From Eledone cirrhosa (taxonomy: Eukaryota): a stretch of DNA of 64,000 nt. Positions 11,646-25,587 of this stretch are shown here, piece by piece. Under the pieces are notes generated by a model. That model searched no databases, was not told the origin of the DNA, and saw only the letters and a list, made by a program, of their open reading frames with translations. The translations under genes were made by a program, and so were the position numbers. The stretch lies in the NCBI GenBank assembly GCA_964016885.1, contig OZ024757.1, positions 22,878,001 to 22,942,000 of the forward strand. The letters run 5' to 3'. Within the stretch, counting starts at the first letter, position 1. Each line of letters opens with the position of its first letter.

Positions 11646-12599
11646 TTTCTCAAAGCACCAGTACTCTGGGGAAGCAAGTGTTGTGTCAAGGTGCTTAGCA
11701 TCTTCCCTTGCACATTAGTGTAGCTTCTTGCTTTCCTTATTTTCCAGTCTTTCCCCAGCTGTTTCTTAGCTTTAATTGCCTCAAATACCCTGCTATTCTT
11801 CCACCATCTTACCCCCTGTCATCCTGAGGCCACATTGTTTGGAACATACAATAGGTTTCCCCATACAAACCCCCATTTTTTCCTCTAACTTGTAGGTTTC
11901 TATCTTCTCTTCCTTGTTGTAATAAACCTTACTCTATATATGCATATGTATATGTGTGTGTATGTCCATGCATGTGCTTTTATACATATGAGTGTGTCTC
12001 TCTCTCTCTATATATATATATGCGTGTGTCTGTGTGTATCTATGTCCATGAGTGTGTGTAATTGTGTGTGTCAGTGTTTGTGTGTGTGTGTGCATCCATA
12101 CGTGAGTTTATTCTGATGTGTTTTCATGCATCTCTTAGTTGAAATGCAAAACACGTATTCACTGCTGAATAGTAGATTAGCCAGCACTAAACATTCTTTG
12201 TGTGTTGTATGTGCATGTATGCATTTATGCATATGTGCAGGAATGTGCATGAGTGTATATGTGTGGGGTGGGGAGTGGAGAGTCACTGATCCATCTTTCA
12301 AGATTCAATAAAAACAAATATATTTTGCATATTTTTCAGCCCCCTAACACATTAATTAATTCAGAATTAAATTTAAATCTCTAATATTTTGCTTAATTCT
12401 ATTATTTTTTATATAATTCTCACAATATATTATTGCTGTTCTTGATGTTTACATCCCCAATTCAAACCCTGACCAAATAAACTGATAATTAACCCTCTTT
12501 AGACCATAACAACCAGCCAGTCATTTTATTTATTCAGTAGAAGTTACATCTCATACTATATGCCAAGAGTTATAACAGGCAGATACTTTCAGTAATGGA

Positions 12600-15500
12600 C
12601 AGACCAATGGAAATGAAGACTGGGATCTTGTCAATCAAACTCTATGCTATAATATCAAATGTAGGTACAGCATATTTTTGTGGACCAATGGAAATGAAGA
12701 CTGAGATCTTGTCAATCAAACTCTATGCTATAATATCAAATGTAGGTACAGCATATATTTGTGGACCAATGGAAATGAAGACTGGGATCTTGTCAATCAA
12801 ACTCTATGCTATAATATCAAATGTAGGTACAGCATATTTTTGTGGACCAATGGAAATGAAGACTGGGATCTTGTCAATCAAACTCTATGCTATAATATCA
12901 AATGTAGGTACAGCATATTTTTGTGGACCCATGGAAATGAAGACTGGGATCTTGTCAATCAAACTCTATGCTATAATATCAAATGTAGGTACAGCATATT
13001 TTTGTGGACCAATGGAAATGAAGACTGGAATCTTGTAAATCAAACTCTATGCTATAATATCAAATGTAGGTACAGCATATTTTTGTGGACCAATGGAAAT
13101 GAAGACTGGAATCTTGTAAATCAAACTCTATGCTATAATATCAAATGTATGTACAGCATATTTTTGTGGACCAATGGAAATGAAGACTGAGATCTTGTCA
13201 ATCAAACTCTATGCTATAATATCAAATGTAGGTACAGCATATTTTTGTGGACCAATGGAAATGAAGACTGGGATCTTGTCAATCAAACTCTATGCTATAA
13301 TATCAAATGTAGGTACAGCATATTTTTGTGGACCAATGGAAATGAAGACTGGAATCTTGTCAATCAAACTCTATGCTATAATATCAAATGTAGGTACAGC
13401 ATATTTTTGTGGACCAATGGAAATGAAGGCTGGGATCTTGTCAATCAAACTCTATGCTATAATATCAAATGTAGGTACAGCATATTTTTGTGGACCAATG
13501 GAAATGAAGACTGGGATCTTGTCAATCAAACTCTATGCTATAATATCAAATGTAGGTACAGCATATTTTTGTGGACCAATGGAAAGGAAGACTGGGATCT
13601 TGTCAATCAAACTCTATGCTATAATATCAAATGTAGGTACAGCATATTTTTGTGGACCAATGGAAATGAAGACTGGAATCTTGTAAATCAAACTCTATGC
13701 TATAATATCAAATGTAGGTACAGCATATTTTTGTGGACCAATGGAAATGAAGACTGGAATCTTGTAAATCAAACTCTATGCTATAATATCAAATGTAGGT
13801 ACAGCATATTTTTGTGGACCAATGGAAATGAAGACTGGAATCTTGTAAATCAAACTCTATGCTATAATATCAAATGTAGGTACAGCATATTTTTGTGGAC
13901 CAATGGAAATGAAGGCTGGGATCTTGTCAATCAAACTCTATGCTATAATATCAAATGTAGGTACAGCATATATTTGTGGACCAATGGAAATGAAGACTGG
14001 GATCTTGTCAATCAAACTCTATGCTATAATATCAAATGTAGGTACAGCATATTTTTGTGGACCAATGGAAATGAAGACTGGGATCTTGTCAATCAAACTC
14101 TATGCTATAATATCAAATGTAGGTACAGCATATTTTTGTGGACCAATGGAAATGAAGACTGGGATCTTGTCAATCAAACTCTATGCTATAATATCAAATG
14201 TAGGTACAGCATATTTTTGTGGACCAATGGAAATGAAGACTGGAATCTTGTAAATCAAACTCTATGCTATAATATCAAATGTAGGTACAGCATATTTTTG
14301 TGGACCAATGGAAATGAAGACTGGAATCTTGTAAATCAAACTCTATGCTATAATATCAAATGTATGTACAGCATATTTTTGTGGACCAATGGAAATGAAG
14401 ACTGAGATCTTGTCAATCAAACTCTATGCTATAATATCAAATGTAGGTACAGCATATTTTTGTGGACCAATGGAAATGAAGACTGGGATCTTGTCAATCA
14501 AACTCTATGCTATAATATCAAATGTAGGTACAGCATATTTTTGTGGACCAATGGAAATGAAGACTGGAATCTTGTCAATCAAACTCTATGCTATAATATC
14601 AAATGTAGGTACAGCATATTTTTGTGGACCAATGGAAATGAAGGCTGGGATCTTGTCAATCAAACTCTATGCTATAATATCAAATGTAGGTACAGCATAT
14701 TTTTGTGGACCAATGGAAATGAAGACTGGGATCTTGTCAATCAAACTCTATGCTATAATATCAAATGTAGGTACAGCATATTTTTGTGGACCAATGGAAA
14801 GGAAGGCTGGGATCTTGTCAATCAAACTCTATGCTATAATATCAAATGTAGGTACAGCATATTTTTGTGGACCAATGGAAATGAAGACTGGGATCTTGTC
14901 AATCAAACTCTATGCTATAATATCAAATGTAGGTACAGCATATTTTTGTGGACCAATGGAAAGGAAGACTGGGATCTTGTCAATCAAACTCTATGCTATA
15001 ATATCAAATGTAGGTACAGCATATTTTTGTGGACCAATGGAAATGAAGACTGGAATCTTGTAAATCAAACTCTATGCTATAATATCAAATGTAGGTACAG
15101 CATATTTTTGTGGACCAATGGAAATGAAGACTGAGATCTTGTCAATCAAACTCTATGCTATAATATCAAATGTAGGTACAGCATATTTTTGTGGACCAAT
15201 GGAAATGAAGACTGGAATCTTGTAAATCAAACTCTATGCTATAATATCAAATGTAGGTACAGCATATTTTTGTGGACCAATGGAAATGAAGGCTGGGATC
15301 TTGTCAATCAAACTCTATGCTATAATATCAAATGTAGGTACAGCATATTTTTGTGGACCAATGGAAATGAAGACTGGAATCTTGTCAATCAAACTCTATG
15401 CTATAATATCAAATGTAGGTACAGCATATTTTTGTGGACCAATGGAAAGGAAGACTGAGATCTTGTCAATCAAACTCTATGCTATAATATCAAATGTAGG

Positions 15501-16407
15501 TACAGCATATTTTTGTGGACCAATGGAAATGAAGACTGGGATCTTGTCAATCAAACTCTATGCTATAATATCAAATGTAGGTACAGCATATTTTTGTGGA
15601 CCAATGGAAATGAAGACTGGGATCTTGTCAATCAAACTCTATGCTATAATATCAAATGTAGGTACAGCATATTTTTGTGGACCAATGGAAATGAAGACTG
15701 GGATCTTGTCAATCAAACTCTATGCTATAATATCAAATGTAGGTACAGCATATTTTTGTGGACCAATGGAAATGAAGACTGGAATCTTGTCAATCAAACT
15801 CTATGCTATAATATCAAATGTAGGTACAGCATATTTTTGTGGACCAATGGAAAGGAAGACTGGGATCTTGTCAATCAAACTCTAGGCTATAATATCAAAT
15901 GTAGGTACAGCATATTTTTGTGGACCAATGAAAATGAAGACTGGAATCTTGTCAATCAAACTCTATGCTATAATATCAAATGTAGGTACAGCATATTTTT
16001 GTGGACCAATGGAAATGAAGGCTGGGATCTTGTCAATCAAACTCTATGCTATAATATCAAATGTAGGTACAGCATATTTTTGTGGACCAATGGAAATGAA
16101 GACTGAGATCTTGTCAATCAAACTCTATGCTATAATATCAAATGTAGGTACAGCATATTTTTGTGGACCAATGAAAATGAAGACTGGAATCTTGTCAATC
16201 AAACTCTATGCTATAATATCAAATGTAGGTACAGCATATTTTTGTGGACCAATGAAAATGAAGACTGGAATCTTGTCAATCAAACTCTATGCTATAATAT
16301 CAAATGTAGGTACAGCATATTTTTGTGGACCAATGGAAATGAAGGCTGGGATCTTGTCAATCAAACTCTATGCTATAATATCAAATGTAGGTACAGCATA
16401 TTTTTGT
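12600..16407. repeat. 81-bp satellite array, ~47 copies
   Basis: Unit gaccaatggaaatgaagactgggatcttgtcaatcaaactctatgctataatatcaaatgtaggtacagcatatttttgtg. Near-identical copies with no spacers. Confidence 0.97.
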
Positions 16408-16545
16408 TCAATTCAATCAATAGACAAGACTTCAGACCTAGTTCCCTTATTGAGCAGGGTGGAACTTGTCCAATTGGACCAATGGAAACAGACCAATGGA
16501 AACAATGTTTCCATTGGTCTTTCCATTCCTGATACTATCTACCAG
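16408..16545 (-). mobile_element. SINE-like repeat family E body fragment
   Basis: Minus strand agatagtatcaggaatggaaagaccaatggaaacattgtttc matches 38865-38905 and the reverse of 54410-54455. Confidence 0.6.
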
Positions 16546-16866
16546 TGGGGGCATGTGGTTTTGTGGTTAAGGTATTTGTCTCACAACCATAAGGTCGTGA
16601 GTTTGATTGCCGGCAGTGCACTGTCTCCTTGAGCAAGACACTTTATTCCACATTGCTCCAGTCGACTCAGCTGGAAAAAATAAGTTGTACCTGTAATTTT
16701 AAGGGTCAGCCTTGTCATGTTTGGTGTCATGTTGAATTTCCCTGAGGACTACATTAAAGGTATGCATGTCTGTAGAATGCTCAGCCACTTGCATGTTAAT
16801 TTCACGAGCAGGCTGTTCCGTAGATTGGATCAACTGTAACACTCGTCATTGTAACCAACGGAGTGC
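16546..16866 (+). mobile_element. tRNA-derived SINE family D, degraded
   Basis: tRNA-like head, ccttgagcaagacacttt motif, body shared with 44480-44722 and 17060-17455. Confidence 0.7.
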
Positions 16867-16904
16867 AGTATAGTATATACTATCTACCAGTCACAACCCC
16901 TGGC

Positions 16905-17455
16905 CAGACACAGCATAGCTGAATGTTTAAGATGTCTGCTTTGCAATCATTAGGTCCCAGGTTCAATTCCACTGTGACACCTTGGACATATGTTATTTAC
17001 AATAACTTGAGCTTGTGAAATTGGGTAGACAGAAACTGTTTGGAAGCCCATCAAGTGGACTGTGCCTGTAATTCAATGGGTCAGCTTTATGACATCCCGC
17101 ATTATGCTGAATCTCCCTGAGAATTACGTTCAAGGCACACATGTCTATGGGATGCTCAGCCACTTACATTATAGTACATGTTAGATTGTGCCTGAAATTA
17201 AAAAAGAGCAGCCTTGTCACAAACTGTGTTATATTGAATCTCAAGACACACATATCTATGGAATGCTCAGACACTTGCACTCACACAAGATGGACTGTGG
17301 CTGTAATTCAAAGGGGCCAGTTTTGTAATACATACTGTGTTATGTTGAATCTCCCTGAGAATTACGTTCAAGACACATGACTTTGGAATTAGTACTATTA
17401 CAGCTGTTTTGTTGAGTGAACAACTGGAATACTCATCGTCGAAAGTGTTGGAGGT
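16905..17455 (+). mobile_element. Degraded SINE (family F head) followed by ~3 partial copies of the SINE D body
   Basis: ggttcaattcc B-box. Repeated ctgt..ctgtaattcaa..gg.cag..ttgt...gaatctc segments. Confidence 0.55.
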
Positions 17456-18218
17456 CCATTCCTTCCTCCTTCCACAAGGAAAAATAATTTAGGGGGTTTA
17501 AACTGTGATAATTGTTTCTACTTTTGGCACAAGGCCAGCAATTTGAAGGGAAAGGGAAAGTCGATTAAATCAACCCTAGTGCATTACTGGTACTTTATCT
17601 TATTGACCCCATAGGGAGGAAAGGTCAAAGCTAACCTCGGTGGTACTGGGTGTTTTTGTTATTTCACCTACCCGACCACTTTACAGAGTGGATTGGGTGC
17701 TTTTTGTCATGTCACCAACACAACCAACTAACACTATATGTATTATCATTATCATTTAATTTCTATTTTCCATGCTAGAATGGGTTAGACAAGTTGTCCT
17801 ATTTGAGACAACTCAGGTTAGGTGACCATGTCTTGTTCATACAGAAATGTTTGTGGCTTGGCTTCTAAGGTTGGATGCCCTTCCTAATATCGATGACATT
17901 CACAATGTGGACTGGGTGCTTTTTATCATGGCATCAAAACAAACTCTTTACAGTGTGGACTGGGTGCTTTTTGTCCGGTCACCAGAACAACCATTTTACA
18001 GAGTGAACTGGGTGATTTTTTAGGTGATACCAACACAATCCCTTTACATTCATATTAAAACATATCTATCAAATCTTTTAATATGGACCTCACTATCTAA
18101 AAGGTTCATCTTCTAAACATCATTAAGTGTCAATTTATAATAAATTTGACTAATTATTCTCTGGCCTAGTATTCAGAAAATTACTTCAAATTAAACTTAA
18201 GTCATCATTTTTTCAATT

Positions 18219-18585
18219 TCTTCTTCTTCTCCATCCACTTATTCCTAGGAGAGTCATATGGGCAGAGTCCTCAAGTACTCCTTCCAGTTGGTCCTGTTAG
18301 AAGCAACAGTCTCCAACAGATCCAGCTGGATCTCCGGGCAAGACCAGCCAAGCTCATTGATGTTATCCAACCATCTTACCCAGAGTCTACCCCTGCATCT
18401 CCTGCCGACTGGTTTTGTCTGTAAAAATCTGTCCAGCAATTCTTTCCCGAGACATACCAACCACATGTCCATAATATCGGAGAAGTATCAGCTCTACATG
18501 GAGTGGCTCACTCATCTCTGAACTCCACATACTATCAAGTAAATAACTCCAAAGACCTTTCATAGGAACCCCATTTTGGCCAATT
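18219..18585 (-). mobile_element. Old RTE-like LINE 3' fragment with (GAA)n tail
   Basis: GRRCRGR..VRWLDNI...ASNRTNW C-terminal motif. Confidence 0.7.
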
Positions 18586-18588
18586 GTA

Positions 18589-18977
18589 TTAACCCTTTAG
18601 CATTTACATTACTCTGTGGATTGGCAGTATCGGTAGAGGGTCGGACGCCATGCTTTCCAGCATAGTTACGTCCCTTTACGATCTGAGTTCAAATCCCGCC
18701 GAGGTTGACTTTGCTTTTCATCCTTACGGGGGTCGATAAAATAAAGAACCAGTAATGCACTGGGGTAATTGCTGGCCTTGTGCCAAAAGTAGAAACAATT
18801 ATATTTTCATGGTAAACACTTTACCTCACATAAGATCAAATATGTGAGATTTTGATGTTATTTATTTTGAGAACAATAACTTAACATAAGTATGAGCAGC
18901 CGGTTATGGTTGGTTTGAACAAAAAGTGGTGAGAGAGTTATGGCAAGATACAGTTGGTTTAAATGCTAAAGGGTTAA
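18589..18977. mobile_element. piggyBac-type MITE (TTAA-flanked CCCTTT TIRs) with nested SINE B
   Basis: ttaaccctttagcattta...taaatgctaaagggttaa. Homologous to 61021-61245 in the opposite orientation. Confidence 0.8.
18616..18800 (+). mobile_element. SINE family B, full length
   Basis: Nearly identical to 32397-32584. Confidence 0.9.
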
Positions 18978-19462
18978 TGACTGAAAGAATATGTAAGGTA
19001 TACAATTAAATCACTGAAGTGTGTCTGCTAAACATTTAGAGAATGGGCACTAGCAATACGAAAGACACAGCAGAGGCAGGTTAAATTTGAACTTGGTATG
19101 TAAAGCTATACCACTAAATATCTAATGCATTTAATCTGTTTCTTTATTAATTTAAATAATCCACGGTCCTTTTAGTTTGGGGGATACTTATTAAGAATCA
19201 AAGATAGCAAAAACATATTGTTGGTTGTCCAGTGAGCATCAAAATTGTATTTTAAAGACAGAATGATAGCCCTCAAAGTGATATATGTGGCAGTGAGTTG
19301 CTTTATTGCCAAGGAAAAAAATTGTAGTTCTTATTTGAAATTATTTTTCACATGAATATAAACATGAATACTAGTTGTCCACTGACATTAACTGATCTGG
19401 CAGGGTTCCAATAGGAAGAAGCTCACATGCAAATGCATCTATGTTCATATCTGCATATATAT

Positions 19463-19502
<40 letters not shown>

Positions 19503-19529
19503 GTGTTTATGTATATATATATGTGTGTT

Positions 19530-19569
<40 letters not shown>

Positions 19570-19874
19570 TATACCTACTAGAAAAAGAACAGAAATATTG
19601 TGAGGTAATAAATGTTATCAGGTTATCAGTGGAACTTTACAATTTAAGGTACCATTTTTTGCTAGGAACCCTCTGGATGGCACAAAAAGATAAAAGACAT
19701 ATCATAGATTATTTATTAGCATTTTAATAATTTACTAAAGAATACTCCATGATTTAGCCATCATTTAGGTGAAAGCAACAGGCTATCGCGAAATTATTTA
19801 GAATTTTATTGGTAAAAACAGGGCAACATGGTCTCAAGACAGTTTCATAATTTCTCTCTCTCAGTCTTACATAT

Positions 19875-19939
<65 letters not shown>

Positions 19940-20109
19940 TATTGTATCCAGCAGTTGTTCTTGTTTGTTTTATTCCTACTTTTGTTTGTTTACAATTTTT
20001 AGATATTATTTTCTGAAATTCATTCTCTATTTTCTCTCCATCCATCTCTCTCTTCTTTCCTTTGTCATTCTCCTCGTATCCTTTTTGTGTTTTCATTCCC
20101 CCCCCCGCC

Positions 20110-20175
<66 letters not shown>

Positions 20176-20224
20176 GTGTAAGTTCAATTCTGAGACCAGG
20201 TGATGTGTTGTTTCCTTGAGCAAG

Positions 20225-21229
20225 AAATTCGAAACATGGAAGCATGGCTTAGAATCCTTCTATTGCCCAGATGGTTTTATAGAAATAGTAGACACTTTCC
20301 ATTACCTGGGTGACGAAATCAGCAGTGGTGGAGGGTGTTCTGAAAGTACAGTAGCCAGAGTCAGAACGGGATGGAAAAAGTTCAGAGAGCTTATACCGCT
20401 GTTGGCCACAAAAGGTTTCTCTCTAAAAATGAAAGGCAGATTGTATGATGCCTGTATACGAACAGCAATGTTACATGGCAGTGAGACATGGACATTACGT
20501 GCAGAGGACCTGCGTAGACTGGAAAGGAACGAAGCATGCATGCTCCGTTGGATGTGTAATAGTAATATACGTGAACGGCAACGCATAAATGAACTAAGTG
20601 AGAAATTAGGAATAAGAGGGATCAGATGCTGTTTACTTGAGAGAAGACTACGTTGGTATGGTCACGTGATGCGCATGAAAGACGACAGCTGCATAAAAAA
20701 GTGCAGGGCGATCAAAATTGATGGTAGTTACGGAGTAGGTAGACCTAGAAAAACCTAAGACAATGTCTCTGGACCGAGATCTTTGGCGCTACGCAGTAAT
20801 ACAGAAGACCCGCCTTGCCTATGTACAAAGCGAAACCTACAGTCAGTAGGCACCTCTTAACGAAATATACACCCCAATCCACTACCCCTACCCTATCCTC
20901 CCACTCCCACCAACCTCTCTCTATAAAGTTGGTACCACAACATCCAGTCCAAATAAATGAGATAAATGAGATCGAGATCGTGTAGGTGTCACGAGAAAAA
21001 AACACAGTCCACGCTGTAATGTGGCCGTGTAGGTAACACGGTTAAAGGTTCCCAGTTCCACACTGTAAATGTGGTTGGTGTTAGGAAGGGCATCCAGCCG
21101 TAGAAAACCTGCCAGATGGTCCTATATGAGCGAGACACGGTCATCCGACCAACCTTACCTCAAGTGGGACAACTCCCGTCTAACCCATGCTAGCATGGAA
21201 AATGGACGTTAAACGAAGATGATGATGAT
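20225..21229 (+). mobile_element. RTE LINE family C, 5'-truncated (~1 kb)
   Basis: VDTFHYLGD...LHGSETW...GRPRKT. Small deletion near 20757. Complete 3'UTR and (GAT)n tail. Confidence 0.9.
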
Positions 21230-21245
21230 ATATATATATTAATAC

Positions 21246-21290
<45 letters not shown>

Positions 21291-21491
21291 TATATATATA
21301 TATTAATATTTATATTAATACATATATATATATATATGTATTAATATATATATATATATATATATATAAATACATATATATATATATATATTAATATTTA
21401 TATTAATACATATATATATATATATGTATTAATACATATATATATATATATATAAATACATATATATATATATATAAATACATATATATAA

Positions 21492-21525
<34 letters not shown>

Positions 21526-21647
21526 TAATACATATATATATAAATATATATATATAAATATATATTAATACATATATATATAATAATACAATTATATATA
21601 TATATATATATATATACATATATATACACATATATATATAATAATAC

Positions 21648-21684
<37 letters not shown>

Positions 21685-21687
21685 TAT

Positions 21688-21758
<71 letters not shown>

Positions 21759-21761
21759 TAC

Positions 21762-21792
<31 letters not shown>

Positions 21793-22302
21793 CAAACACA
21801 TCCATCCACCCACACCACATGCTCACACTTGGAATATACATAACTATAGACAGAGAATAAGAAGCCTACAAAAGGTATTTTTCTAAATTTCTCTGATGAC
21901 CTCCTCAGATAACAAACTAACAAACGTTTTCCATTCAAATATTCTTTTATCTGAACTCATTTTAAATTATTAGCTTTGGCAAAGTTCCCTCTTCTTTCAC
22001 TCTGTTTACACAAATTGGCCAACTTTTCCTCTGCTTCTGGTCTCTGAGAAACACTCTGTCAATTGTATTTCTTTTCTCTTTTCCAATTCCTGCCTTTCAC
22101 CCCCACTTCCCCTTCTCCTTCCTCATCCTCATCCCCTTCCTCTTTGTTCCTCTATCTCTGATAGCCATTGATGAAGTCTTTACTAGTTAATTAATCTACA
22201 TGGTGAGAATATTTTGAGGTAATTACTTGACACTGACATCTGTTGAGTCACTGATGTTGTATGGTTCAAAAACATGAACCCTGAGAAAATACTAGATGAT
22301 GT

Positions 22303-22922
22303 ATCATCATCATCATCATCGTTTAACGTCCATCTTCCACGCTAGCATGGGTTTAGACGGGAATTGTCCCACTTGAGGCAAGATTGGTCGTCTCGCTCGT
22401 ATGGGACAGTCGGGCAGGTTTTCTATGGCCCGATGCCCTTCCTAACATCAACCACGTTTACAGTGTGGACTGGGAGGTTTTTACCGTGTTACCTACACGG
22501 CCACATTACAGCGTGGACTGTGTGTTTTTTGTCGTGACACCTACACGTCTGGCGGGTTTTCTATGGCCGGATGCCCTTCCCAACATCAACCACGTTTACA
22601 GTGTGGACTGGGAGGTTTTTACCGTGTTACCTACACGGCCACATTACAGCGTGGACTGTGTGTTTTTTGTCGTGACACCTACACGTCTGGCGGGTTTTCT
22701 ACGGCTGGGTGCCCTTCCTAACATCAACCTCGTTTACAGTGTGGAACTGGGAGGTTTTTACCGTGTTAACTACACGGCCACATTACAGCGTGGACTGTGT
22801 GTTTTTTTGTTGTGACACCTACACGACCTCATTTATTTCGGACTGGATGTTGTGGTACCAACATAACTTTACAGCGAAAGGGGTGGTGTGGGTGGGGGTA
22901 GGGGTAGTGGGATGGGGGTGTA
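22303..22922 (-). mobile_element. RTE family C 3'UTR with internal 138-bp triplication
   Basis: ggc.ggttttcta.ggc recurs at 22413, 22551 and 22689. Confidence 0.85.
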
Positions 22923-23039
22923 TACATACACTAAAATACTTAGAGTTGTACAAAACAAACAGGCGTCAATATATTACAAATGAAAGTTTACATGAAAACT
23001 TTGCCAAGATAACAACTACAATTGCCCAAACAAGGTAAT

Positions 23040-23610
23040 GATTTGTAAAGCTAACCTTAGTGTTTCATCCTTACGGAGTTAATAAAAGAAAGTACCAGTA
23101 ACAAACTGGGGTTGATTTAATTGATTTTTCCCTCCTCCAAAATTGTTGGCCTTGTGCCTAAATCAGAAACCCTTATTATTATTACTTTGGCGGTGGATTG
23201 GCAGTATCGCTTGAGGGTCAGACGCCATGCTTTGATGCATAGAGTTACGGCCCTTGCCATTCTGGGTTCAAATCCTGCCGAGGTGAACTTTGCCTTTCAT
23301 CCTTACGGGTTCGATAAAATAAAGTACCAGTAATACACTGGGATAATTGCTGGCCTTGTGCCAAAACGAGAAACAATTATTATTAGTTTTTTTTAGGCAG
23401 TATCGGTAGAGCATCAGACACTATTCTTTGCTGCATAGAGTTACGTCCCCTTACTTACTGAGTTCAAATCCCGCTGAGGTTAGCTCTGCCTTTCATCCTT
23501 ACGGGGTTGATAAAATAAAGCACCAGTAACACACACGGGTCAATTTAATCAACTTTCCCATCCATCCAAATTGCTGGCCTTGTGCCTATAGTTGAAATCA
23601 TCATATAATT
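23040..23610 (+). mobile_element. Head-to-tail cluster of three SINE B copies
   Basis: tttcatccttacgg...aaag.accagtaa repeated three times. Confidence 0.8.
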
Positions 23611-23754
23611 ATTATTATTATTATTATTATTATCATTATTATTTTTATTGTACATCATTAATGCTTTACTGAGCACAGCTGTGTGTGCCTTGGGTAAGTG
23701 CAGTGTAGGTTATGTTGATGATGTTTCTATTGTATTGATAGTACGTTTCGTAAT

Positions 23755-24782
23755 ATTGTACAGTACCTAGTAATGCTATCTTTTGTATACTGTATATATT
23801 TGTAAGTCCTGTGGTACTCTATATAATATATATACAGTACCTAGTAGTGCTATCTTCTGTATACTGTATATATTGGTAAATCCTGTGGTACTCTATATAA
23901 TGTATATACAGTACCTAGTAGTGCTATCTTTTGTATACTGTATATATTTGTAAGTCCTGTGGTACTCTATATAATATATATACAGTACCTAGTAGTGCTA
24001 TCTTCTGTATACTGTATATATTGGTAAATCCTGTGGTACTCTATATAATGTATATACAGTACCTAGTAGTGCTATCTTTTGTATACTGTATATATTTGTA
24101 AGTCCTGTGGTACTCTATATAATATATATACAGTACCTAGTAGTGCTATCTTCTGTATACTGTATATATTGGTAAATCCTGTGGTACTCTATATAATATA
24201 TATACAGTAACTAGTAGTGCTATCTTCTGTATACTGTATATATTTGTAAGTCCTGTGGTACTCTATATAATGTATATACAGTACCTAGTAGTGTTATCTT
24301 TTGTATGCTGTATATATTTGTAAGTCCTGTGGTACTTTATATAATGTATATACAGTACCTAGTAGTGCTATCTGTTGTATACTGTATATATTTGTAAGTC
24401 CTGAGGTACTCTATATAATATATATACAGTACCTAGTAGTGCTATCTTCTGTATACTGTATATATATATATATATTTGTAAGTCCTGTGGTACTCTATAT
24501 AATATATATACAGTACCTAGTAGTGTTATCTTTAGTATGCTGTATATATTTATAAGTCCTGTGGTACTCTATATAATATATATACAGTACCTAGTAGTGT
24601 TATCTTTAGTATGCTGTATATATTTATAAGTCCTGTGGTACTCTATATAATATATATACAGTACCTAGTAGAGCTATCTTTTGTATGCTGTATATATTTG
24701 TAAGTCCTCTGGTACTCTATATAATATATATACAGTACCTAGTAGTGCTATTTTTTGTATGCTGTATATATTTGTAAGCCCT
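23755..24782. repeat. 74-bp minisatellite (~14 copies)
   Basis: cagtacctagt recurs at 23761, 23835, 23909 and onward. Confidence 0.95.
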
Positions 24783-24804
24783 GGGGTTTTAACTATGTAT
24801 CTGT

Positions 24805-25000
24805 CTGTGTTTTTTTTATCATTCCTAGAGCACCTATTATTATAGATATTGTTTCTGTCTTCATTTTCCACATTCGAGTTATTTCTATCTCTAGATCTTT
24901 ATATTTGGAGAGTTTCTCTATTTCTTTGGAAAATATATTGACATCTGTGGGGATTGATACATCTATTGGAAGGCATATTTTTCTTTGTGGTCTTTAATCT
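24805..25000 (-). pseudogene. R4/NeSL-type non-LTR retrotransposon restriction-like endonuclease fragment
   Basis: Minus-strand frame ICLPIDVSIPTDVNIFSKEIEKLSKYKDLEIEITRMWKMKTETISIIIGALGMIKK carries the ID..IP, EK..KY and IIIGALG RLE motifs. Confidence 0.8.
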
Positions 25001-25130
25001 ATTCATAATTTCCCCGTGTAACGTTTGAGTGGTCTCTGTTTAATAAACAGATTCTAACAAGATTCCAGATACAAATAAAAAATACCAACAGTTTACCATT
25101 TATTTTCTTGTTTCATTGTTATATTCCTCC

Positions 25131-25508
25131 ACATCATCATCATTGTTATCATCACCATCATCATCATTATCTTCACTATCATCATTAGTGGTGACAGGTT
25201 TGGCATCTACATCATCACCACAACCATCACCACTATCATTGCCATCATCATCATCACGATCACCACCACTGCCAACATCACCATCATCACCACAACCACC
25301 ACCACCACCACCACCATCACCACCACGACTATCATTGCCATCATCATCACCATCGCCACCACCACATCCATCATCACCACCACCAACACCACCACCACAT
25401 CCATCATCACCACCACCAACACCACCACCACATCCATCATCACCACCACCAACACCACCACCACATCCATCATCACCACCACCAACACCACCACCACCAC
25501 CATCATCT
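25131..25508. repeat. (CAT/CAC)n low-complexity tract with ~4 copies of a 33-bp unit
   Basis: caccaccacatccatcatcaccaccaccaacac repeated. Confidence 0.9.
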
Positions 25509-25587
25509 ACATACAATCTAAATTAAAATTCCTGCTATGTTCTACAGTCAGTAAATTAGAAGGACAATTATTAAAATTTAGAGTATT

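Noticed and set aside
11132-11723. Five overlapping repeat ORFs
   Set aside because: A stop-free 60-bp minisatellite.
12595-16632. Long repetitive ORFs (up to 386 aa) and CRISPR-like periodicity
   Set aside because: These are translations of an 81-bp satellite with scattered stops. There are no unique spacers and no cas genes.
25100-25526. Pro/Ser-rich extensin-like or Gly/Asp-rich ORFs
   Set aside because: (CAT/CAC)n low complexity is open in several frames. No splice or homology support.
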